Part shown: positions 57,609 through 64,000 of the stretch, piece after piece
How the letters are laid out: each line of letters starts with the position of its first letter
Numbering within the stretch: position 1 is the first letter of the stretch
From: Longimicrobiales bacterium
GTDB taxonomy: Bacteria; Gemmatimonadota; Gemmatimonadetes; Longimicrobiales; Gaopeijiaceae
Assembly: GCA_041690395.1 (NCBI GenBank)
Contig: JAWLHJ010000003.1
Location: forward strand, 288,001 to 352,000
Length of the DNA stretch: 64,000 nt
Direction of reading: 5' to 3'
Notes under the pieces: model-generated
Databases searched by the model: none
What the model was told of the DNA's origin: nothing
What the model saw: the letters and a program-made list of their open reading frames with translations, nothing else
Program-made: the position numbers and the translations under genes

Positions 57609-59003
57609 ATGACCGACCTCTCACGCCGCAACTTCCTGCGCAGGGCCGCCATCGCGGCACCTTCGCTCGCGGGCCTCGTCGCCTGCTCCGACCGCACGAT
57701 CCTCGAGCCCCTGGCGGGCGACGCGCCGTCGCTGGCCAGGGGTGGCCTGGGCGGCCGCCCGGGATACGGCGAGCTGAAGGTGTACAAGGACTACCCGCAG
57801 ATCTCCCTCCCCCCGGGGTTCCACGCCCGGCTGCTCAGCACCTCCGGCGACGTCATGAGCGACGGCAACATCACCGGCAACGCGCTGGACGGAATGGGCG
57901 CCTTCGCCGCGGGCGGCAACCGCGTCCGCCTGGTCCGAAACCACGAGATCCGGAACGGACGGAACGACCCGAACCGGCGTCCGCTCGCGAGCGGTAACCT
58001 CTACGACGACTTCGCGCCGTCCGGCAACACGACGCTCGAGGTCGAGGTACGCCCCGACGGCTCGGCCGAGCTCAAGCGTGACTTCGTGTCCCTCGCCGGT
58101 ACCTACGTGAACTGCGCCGGTGGCGAGACTCCGTGGGGGAGCTGGATCACCTGTGAGGAGACCGTGGCGGGAACGGGCGCCGGTTGGGCGCGGAATCACG
58201 GGTACAACTTCGAGATCCCGGCTGCGGCCAATGGCATCGTCGCCCCCGTCCCGCTGCGCGAGATGGGACGCTTCGTGCACGAGGCCATCGCCGTGGACCC
58301 GGACACCGGCATCGTCTACCAGACCGAGGACCGGAACCCGAGCGGGTTCTACCGCTTCATCCCTCGTGTGCCGCGTCAGCTCGACCAGGGCGGAACGCTG
58401 GAGATGCTGGCCATCCGGAGCCAGCCGCAGTACGACACCCGCCGCGGTCAGATCGTGGGCGTGAGCCTCGAGTGCGAGTGGGTGCCTATCGAGAACCCGG
58501 ACACGGACGAGCCATCGATTTCGAGTGGCTTCGTGTTCGACCAGGGCGACGCGCTCGGCGGCGCCCGGTTCGCCCGTCTCGAGGGATGCTGGTGGGGCGA
58601 CGGTGGCGTGTACTTCAATGCCACGAGCGGCGGCGACGCGGGTGCGGGCCAGGTGTTCAAATTCACGCCCGACGGCATCAACGGCGGAGAGCTCACCCTC
58701 GTGTTCGAGTCGCCCGGGACCGACGTGCTGAACTCGCCCGACAACATCTGCATCAGCCCGCGCGGCGGCATCGTGATCTGCGAGGACGGCTCCGGCACGT
58801 GTTACGTCCGGGGCATCACCCGGAGCGGCGAGGTCTTCGACCTGGTGCGCAACAACGTGAACACGGCCGAATGGGCCGGCGCATGTTTCAGTCCCCAGGG
58901 CCGGACCCTGTTCGTGAACATCCAGGGCTCCACGAACAGCGCGTCGTCGACGCTCGGTCAGACGTTCGCGATCTGGGGGCCGTGGGAGTCGGGTCCGCTC
59001 TAA
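57609..59003 (+). CDS. phoX: PhoX family alkaline phosphatase (DUF839), Tat-exported
   Basis: SRRNFL Tat motif; LVRNHE, NCAGGETPWGSWITCEE, GRFVHEA, TED, RLEG, PDNI, CED, EWAGACFSP, LFVNIQ. Confidence 0.92.
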   Translation: MTDLSRRNFLRRAAIAAPSLAGLVACSDRTILEPLAGDAPSLARGGLGGRPGYGELKVYKDYPQISLPPGFHARLLSTSGDVMSDGNITGNALDGMGAFAAGGNRVRLVRNHEIRNGRNDPNRRPLASGNLYDDFAPSGNTTLEVEVRPDGSAELKRDFVSLAGTYVNCAGGETPWGSWITCEETVAGTGAGWARNHGYNFEIPAAANGIVAPVPLREMGRFVHEAIAVDPDTGIVYQTEDRNPSGFYRFIPRVPRQLDQGGTLEMLAIRSQPQYDTRRGQIVGVSLECEWVPIENPDTDEPSISSGFVFDQGDALGGARFARLEGCWWGDGGVYFNATSGGDAGAGQVFKFTPDGINGGELTLVFESPGTDVLNSPDNICISPRGGIVICEDGSGTCYVRGITRSGEVFDLVRNNVNTAEWAGACFSPQGRTLFVNIQGSTNSASSTLGQTFAIWGPWESGPL

Positions 59004-59032
59004 CCGCCCCCGGATGAGCCACCAGCAGCACG

Positions 59033-59068
59033 CGTCGGCGCCTCCTCCGGGGGGCGCCGACGTTCCTT
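59033..59068 (+). terminator. probable intrinsic terminator after phoX
   Basis: CGTCGGCGCCTCC-TCCG-GGGGGCGCCGACG followed by TTCCTT. Confidence 0.65.
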
Positions 59069-59092
59069 CCTCCAAGAAACGACGAGAGAACG

Positions 59093-59560
59093 ATGTCGAC
59101 CAGATTCGTACACATCGAGACCGACAAGGGCCGCATTACCGCCGAGCTGTTCGAGCGTGACTGCCCGGGAACGGTCGAGCATTTCGAGCAGCTCGTGCGG
59201 GACGGCTTCTACGACGGTACGGCGGTCCACGGCGTTGAGCCGGACCGCCTGCTCGCCGCGGGAGACCCGCTCTCCCGGGACCTCCCCGTCGACGATCCAC
59301 GGGTAGGAACCGGCGGTCCAGAGCGGACCATCCCCTGCGAATGGGTGGGGAACAAGAACCGGCACGAGCAGGGGGCGCTGACCATGATCACCGACGGCCC
59401 GGACACGGGTGGCAGCCGCTTCGGAATCGTGCTGGCCGAGGACGGACTGCCCGAGCGAGACGGAGCGCACACGGTGTTCGGCGAGGTGACGGAGGGCATC
59501 GAGGTCGCGCGTGCGCTGGAAGTCGGCGACCGCCTCCGGGTGCTCACGATCCACGAGTAG
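59093..59560 (+). CDS. cyclophilin-type PPIase homolog, predicted inactive
   Basis: IETDKGRI, GFYDG, GDP, GTGGP, GALTM, DTGGS, HTVFGEV.EG; active-site residues substituted. Confidence 0.85.
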   Translation: MSTRFVHIETDKGRITAELFERDCPGTVEHFEQLVRDGFYDGTAVHGVEPDRLLAAGDPLSRDLPVDDPRVGTGGPERTIPCEWVGNKNRHEQGALTMITDGPDTGGSRFGIVLAEDGLPERDGAHTVFGEVTEGIEVARALEVGDRLRVLTIHE

Positions 59561-59642
59561 CGCCGGCGCTGGCCAGAGGCGGCGGGGTGTCCCATGATAG
59601 GCGCAGATCTCCGCCGCCTCGCCCTCGACAGGTCGCAGCGCC

Positions 59643-60857
59643 ATGCCGAGTCTTCGACCCCTGCTCGCCCTCACCGCCATCGTGGCGGCGTGCACCTCCG
59701 ACAACGACCGTCCCGACGCCCCCGCTGCGGCCACGGTGCGCGACAGCGCCGGCGTCACCCTCGTAGAGAACGCCGCGGCCGCCTTCGACGCCGACGCCCC
59801 CTGGACCGTCGGAGCCGAGCCCACGCTCGACCTCGGTACGGTCGAAGGAGACGGTCCCGAGGCCTTCTTTCGGGTGACCGACGTCCATCGAGCTCCGGAC
59901 GGCCGCGTCCTGGTCGCGGACGCCGGACACGCGGAGGTGCGGGTCTTCTCGGCGGACGGGTCGCATCTCTCGACGTGGGGCCGGCAGGGGGACGGGCCCG
60001 GCGAGTTCCGAGCGCCCGGCGCCCTCCTCCCCTGGCCGGCGGGCGATACCATGGCTGTTTGGGACCAGCGCCAGAGGCGGCTCACCCTGTTCGACGCCGC
60101 CGGCAACCCGGGCCGGTCCCTGCCGATGTCCGAGGCGGCCGGCATCACCTCTCCGCGTGTGCCGGGAATCCTGCCGGACGGAGCGCTGCTCCTCACAGGC
60201 ATCGATTTCTCCTTCGACGACGCGGGCGACGGACTGGTTCGCCCGCCCAACTCGGCCGCTCTAGTGGAGCCCGATCTCTCGGAGCGAGCCCATCTCGGCA
60301 CGCACCCGGGATCCGAGGCGCGCATGAGCGTGTCGCCGGAGCGGGTCGAGATCTTCCGCGTGCCGTTCGCCCGGGGCGTCGTGGCCGAGGTCGTTGGAGA
60401 CCGAGTCGTCTTCTCGCCGACCGACCGGTGGGACCTCCGGATCCACGGGCGCGACGGACGACTCGAACGGATCGTGCGGGTGGACAGGGCCGCGACTCCC
60501 GTCACGCCGGCGATGGTCGAGGCGGAGATCGAGCGGCAGGTGGCCGGCGCTCCCGAGGTCGCCCGGGCGGGACTACGCACCCGACTCGCCGAAGGCCCCC
60601 ATCCCGAGGCCCTGCCCGCGTTCGGCGCGGTGGTGGGCGACGCCGGAGGACGTCTGTGGGTCGAGGTGTTCCGCCCGGAGGCAGAGGCCGGCCCGGCCCG
60701 CTGGGTCGTGTTCGACGCCGAGGGACGCCTGCTCGGTGGCCTGACGCTCCCCGAGGGGTTCACGCCGCATCGGGCCGGCGAGGGGTGGCTGCTCGGCGTC
60801 GCGGTGGACGAGCTGGGCGTCGAGAGGGTCCAGCTCTGGCCCCTGGCGCGTCGCTGA
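59643..60857 (+). CDS. 6-bladed beta-propeller lipoprotein
   Basis: IVAAC lipobox, VRDSAGVTLVEN, GRQGDGPGEF, DELGVERVQL. Confidence 0.75.
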   Translation: MPSLRPLLALTAIVAACTSDNDRPDAPAAATVRDSAGVTLVENAAAAFDADAPWTVGAEPTLDLGTVEGDGPEAFFRVTDVHRAPDGRVLVADAGHAEVRVFSADGSHLSTWGRQGDGPGEFRAPGALLPWPAGDTMAVWDQRQRRLTLFDAAGNPGRSLPMSEAAGITSPRVPGILPDGALLLTGIDFSFDDAGDGLVRPPNSAALVEPDLSERAHLGTHPGSEARMSVSPERVEIFRVPFARGVVAEVVGDRVVFSPTDRWDLRIHGRDGRLERIVRVDRAATPVTPAMVEAEIERQVAGAPEVARAGLRTRLAEGPHPEALPAFGAVVGDAGGRLWVEVFRPEAEAGPARWVVFDAEGRLLGGLTLPEGFTPHRAGEGWLLGVAVDELGVERVQLWPLARR

Positions 60858-60923
60858 ACGAGTCACCTTGTCCATCGCGCAAGCGCGCCCCATCCTGGCA
60901 CCCCATCCGCAACCCGTGACCTC

Positions 60924-61880
60924 ATGGAGGCCTCGATGGCGCTCGGCTCCTGCGACCACACCGTTCACCAGCGACACCATCAGCACGTCTGGGACAGGGA
61001 CATCGACCCCGTGGTCGAGGTGGACGACGGTGCCAGCATCGAGTTCGAGACCACCGATTCATCGGGGGGACAGCTCGACGCGTCCTCCACCGCCGCGGAT
61101 CTCGCGGCCCTGGACTTCGACCGGGTGAACCCCGTCACCGGGCCCGTCTTCGTGAAGGGAGCGGCCCCGGGCGACATGCTCGAGGTCGAGATCCTGGAGC
61201 TGGGCACCACGGGCTGGGGGTGGACGGCCATCATACCGGGCTTCGGGCTCCTGGCGGATCAGTACCCGGACGGCTGGCTGAAGCATTGGGAGCTCGAGGC
61301 CGGCGCGCCGACCGCGGTGTTCGCCGACGGTGTCGAGATTCCGGTCGCGCCCTTCCCCGGCACGATCGGGGTCGCGCCACCGGACCCCGGTCCACACAGC
61401 ACGGTGCCCCCCACCAGATGGGGTGGGAACATGGATACCCGGCACCTCACGACCGGCACCAAGCTCTACCTCCCGGTGGGTGTCGAAGGCGCGTTGTTCT
61501 CCGTCGGGGACACGCACGCCGCCCAGGGAGACGGAGAAGTCTGCGGCACCGCCGTCGAATCCCCGATGCGTATCGCCCTCCGCTTCCGGGTACGTCGGGA
61601 CCTCGGCCTGCGGGCACCCGCGTTCGAGACCTTCGGGGCCGCACCCGCCGACCGCGCGACGTCCGGCTCCTTCGTCACGACCGGTGTCGGACCGAGCCTC
61701 ATGGACGCGGCGCGCGACGCGATCTCCGGCATGATCGACCACCTCATGGCCAGCCGCGGATTGGACGCGAACGAAGCGTATGCGCTGTGCAGTGTGGCGG
61801 TCGATCTCCGCATCCACGAGATCGTGGACCAGCCGAACTGGGTCGTGGGCGCCTGGCTGCCCAGGGAGATCCTGCGCTAG
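60924..61880 (+). CDS. acetamidase/formamidase family protein
   Basis: NPVTGPVFVKGAAPGD, PFPGTIGV, GGNMD, GDTHAAQGDGEVCGTAVE, AYALCSVAVDL. Confidence 0.93.
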   Translation: MEASMALGSCDHTVHQRHHQHVWDRDIDPVVEVDDGASIEFETTDSSGGQLDASSTAADLAALDFDRVNPVTGPVFVKGAAPGDMLEVEILELGTTGWGWTAIIPGFGLLADQYPDGWLKHWELEAGAPTAVFADGVEIPVAPFPGTIGVAPPDPGPHSTVPPTRWGGNMDTRHLTTGTKLYLPVGVEGALFSVGDTHAAQGDGEVCGTAVESPMRIALRFRVRRDLGLRAPAFETFGAAPADRATSGSFVTTGVGPSLMDAARDAISGMIDHLMASRGLDANEAYALCSVAVDLRIHEIVDQPNWVVGAWLPREILR

Positions 61881-61932
61881 CCACGGACCCGCCCCGCCCA
61901 CCAAACACGGACCACCACCCGGAGGACCACCC

Positions 61933-62922
61933 ATGCTCCCCGCTCCACCCGCATCTCGCACGAGGCGTATGCGCCTCGCCCGGAGGAGCGCCCTCCCGAC
62001 GCTGCTGCTCGCGGGACTGGCCACGCTGTCGCCCGGTCACGAACTCCAGGCGCAGGACGCGCACCGGGAGATCCTGCGCCAGCACCTCCAGGAGCGCCTC
62101 GAGAACATCGTCTCCGGCTACGAGGGCGTCGCGGGCGTGCACGTCCTGGACCTCACGGACGGCACCCGCTTCGCGGTCCGGGACGACCTCGCGTTCCCCC
62201 AGGCATCCTCCATCAAGATCCCGATCCTGCTCGAGCTCTTCCGCCGCGCGGAGGCGGAGCCGGGCCTGCTCGAGCGTCGGGTGGAGATGACCGACGAGGT
62301 GCGGACGGGCGGCAGCGGTGTGCTCCAGTACCTGACCGACGGCGGCTCGGCGCTCTCCCTAGAGGACTACGCGGTCTACATGATCCTCTACTCGGACAAC
62401 ACGGCCACCAACGTCCTCATCGACGCGCTGGGCATGGACGCGGTGAACGCCCTGTCCGCCTCGCTCGGCGCGACCCGGACGCTCCTCCAACGGAAGATGA
62501 TCCGCCCGGAGGAGTCGGCTCGGGGCAACGAGAACCTGTCCACGCCGAGCGACGCGGCGCGCATCATGGAGCGGATCGCGTCCTGTGACCTACCCATGAG
62601 TGAGGCCTCGTGCGAGCGCGCCCGGGAGATCCTGGAAATTCCCAAGGGTGGCCCGTTCCGGGATCCCGTGCCGAGCTCCGTACCGGTGGCCTGGAAGCCG
62701 GGGGGCATCACGGGCGTGGCCGCGGCGTGGGGCCTCGTGGACCTTCCGGACCGACCGTACGTGCTCGTGGTCATGTCGAGCTACGGAGGGGACGGCGGCG
62801 CGGTGATCCGGGAGATCTCGACGGCCGCCTGGGACTACTTCTCGCGCCTCTCGGGCGTGACCGAGTACGGGACCCGCGTTCCGCTGGAGGTGAAGCGCCG
62901 GATCGGCGGAGGCGGATCGTGA
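61933..62922 (+). CDS. exported serine hydrolase, class A beta-lactamase-like
   Basis: SxxK (ASSIK), SDN (YSDNTATN), KPG; GGAGG RBS; signal peptide. Confidence 0.87.
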   Translation: MLPAPPASRTRRMRLARRSALPTLLLAGLATLSPGHELQAQDAHREILRQHLQERLENIVSGYEGVAGVHVLDLTDGTRFAVRDDLAFPQASSIKIPILLELFRRAEAEPGLLERRVEMTDEVRTGGSGVLQYLTDGGSALSLEDYAVYMILYSDNTATNVLIDALGMDAVNALSASLGATRTLLQRKMIRPEESARGNENLSTPSDAARIMERIASCDLPMSEASCERAREILEIPKGGPFRDPVPSSVPVAWKPGGITGVAAAWGLVDLPDRPYVLVVMSSYGGDGGAVIREISTAAWDYFSRLSGVTEYGTRVPLEVKRRIGGGGS

Positions 62923-63134
62923 GCCTGCGGGGGGCACGCCTCCTGACCGGCGGCTACTTCCTGCTCATGCTGCTCTTCACCACCTGGCCAGGCGCCGTTC
63001 CGTTCGCCCGCATCCGCCCGCTCGTGCTGGGCCTTCCGTTCTCCTTCGCCTGGGTCGCGGGGTGGATTCTGGGGTCGGTCTTCGTGCTGGTCGCGCTGGA
63101 CCGGGTCGAGAAGCGACACAGGACGGACGACTGA
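62919..63134 (+). CDS. small two-TM SSS-associated protein (DUF3311-like)
   Basis: RIRPLVLGLPFSFAW; overlaps both neighbours. Confidence 0.75.
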   Translation: MSLRGARLLTGGYFLLMLLFTTWPGAVPFARIRPLVLGLPFSFAWVAGWILGSVFVLVALDRVEKRHRTDD

Positions 63135-64000
63135 TGGAGCGCTGGGTCGTCGTCTCGATCATCATCGCGATCTACCTGGGCGTGACCCTCACCATCGGGC
63201 TCCTCGCGGGGCGCCGATCGTCCCACAGCGTGCAGGGCTACGTCGCCGGAGACCGCAGCTTCGGCCTGCTGGTCATGTACTTCGTCACCGGGGCGTCCGT
63301 GTTCAGCGCGTTCGCCTTCCTGGGCGGGCCCGGCTGGGCGTACTCCCGCGGCGCCGCGGCCTTCTACATCCTCGCGTACGGGGCTCTGGGCATGGCCCCC
63401 TTCTACTGGATGGGCCCCCGCATCGCGGCCCTGGGGCGCAAGCACGGATACGTGACCCAGGCGCAGCTCCTCTGCGGCCGCTTCCCTTCCCGTCAGCTCT
63501 CGACCCTGCTGGCGATCCTCAGCCTCATCGCCTTCGTCCCCTATGTCACCCTGCAGATGCGCGGGGCGGGTATCGTCATCGAGGCGGTCACCGACGGGAA
63601 CGTCCCACTGTGGCTGGGCGCGCTGATCGCCTACGGGATCGTGATCACGTACGTGTTGAGCGCGGGCGTGATGGCCGTGGGCTGGACCAACACGTTCCAG
63701 GGGATCTTCATGGTGGTCATCGCCTGGACGCTCGGGCTGTACCTGCCCATCCGCATGTACGGGGGCGTCGGCGAGATGTTCGAGCAGATCGCCGCCGCCC
63801 GGCCCGAGATGCTCACGCCGCCGGGGTTGGACGCCGCGGGCGGGCCCTGGAGCTGGGGCGCCTACTCGTCGTTCATCCTGGTGAGCGCCATCGGGCTCAT
63901 GATGTGGCCGCATCTCTTCATGAAGGCCTTCGCGGCGAAGGACGACGACACCATGCGCCGGACGGTGATCCTCTTCCCCACCTTCCAGCTCTTCCTGATT
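63134..64000 (+). CDS. sodium:solute symporter family protein (3' end outside the window)
   Basis: Read manually from ATG 63134: YVAGDRSFG, FSAFAFLGGPGWAYSRG, QMRGAG, AVGWTNTFQG, MWPHLF. Confidence 0.9.
   Translation, partial: MERWVVVSIIIAIYLGVTLTIGLLAGRRSSHSVQGYVAGDRSFGLLVMYFVTGASVFSAFAFLGGPGWAYSRGAAAFYILAYGALGMAPFYWMGPRIAALGRKHGYVTQAQLLCGRFPSRQLSTLLAILSLIAFVPYVTLQMRGAGIVIEAVTDGNVPLWLGALIAYGIVITYVLSAGVMAVGWTNTFQGIFMVVIAWTLGLYLPIRMYGGVGEMFEQIAAARPEMLTPPGLDAAGGPWSWGAYSSFILVSAIGLMMWPHLFMKAFAAKDDDTMRRTVILFPTFQLFLI

Overview
Very GC-rich (roughly 70% by eye), gene-dense bacterial chromosome segment with about 67 CDS and one tRNA. I saw no integrase, transposase, CRISPR array or rRNA. The gene content (LpxH, LptE, MlaDEF, an Omp85-type protein, a TonB-dependent receptor, many lipoproteins and beta-propellers) indicates a diderm; a Gemmatimonadota-like origin is my inference only. 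Main blocks: fhs, an ABC exporter and ggt; a divergent pair of VOC/PhnB genes; a ~12 kb minus-strand run (lipoprotein, lptE, mrpEFG-B'-B-C-D-D-orf-D, hemC-like, rfaE2, rph, rdgB, DUF971); lpxH; a stand-alone tRNA-Sec downstream of a BNR-TlpA-PLP enzyme-rfaE1-ridA operon; a metallopeptidase/PD40/Omp85 fusion; mlaEFD; two His-rich secreted propellers; a MacAB/Lol-like ABC system; osmC, CNNM, lspA; a GNAT-nitrilase/amidohydrolase/methyltransferase cluster; phoX; and an amidase/serine hydrolase/SSS-transporter cluster. Most notable: four intact ORFs whose catalytic or ion-binding residues are eroded (HemC-like, cyclophilin, nitrilase domain, CaCA exchanger); back-to-back ECF42-like promoters; a Pho-box-like array; a ~62 bp hairpin repeat array; and a structured intergenic region at 56.2-56.4 kb. 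All protein calls come from motif recognition, not database searches. Many starts were moved from the ORF track to the most plausible start codon.
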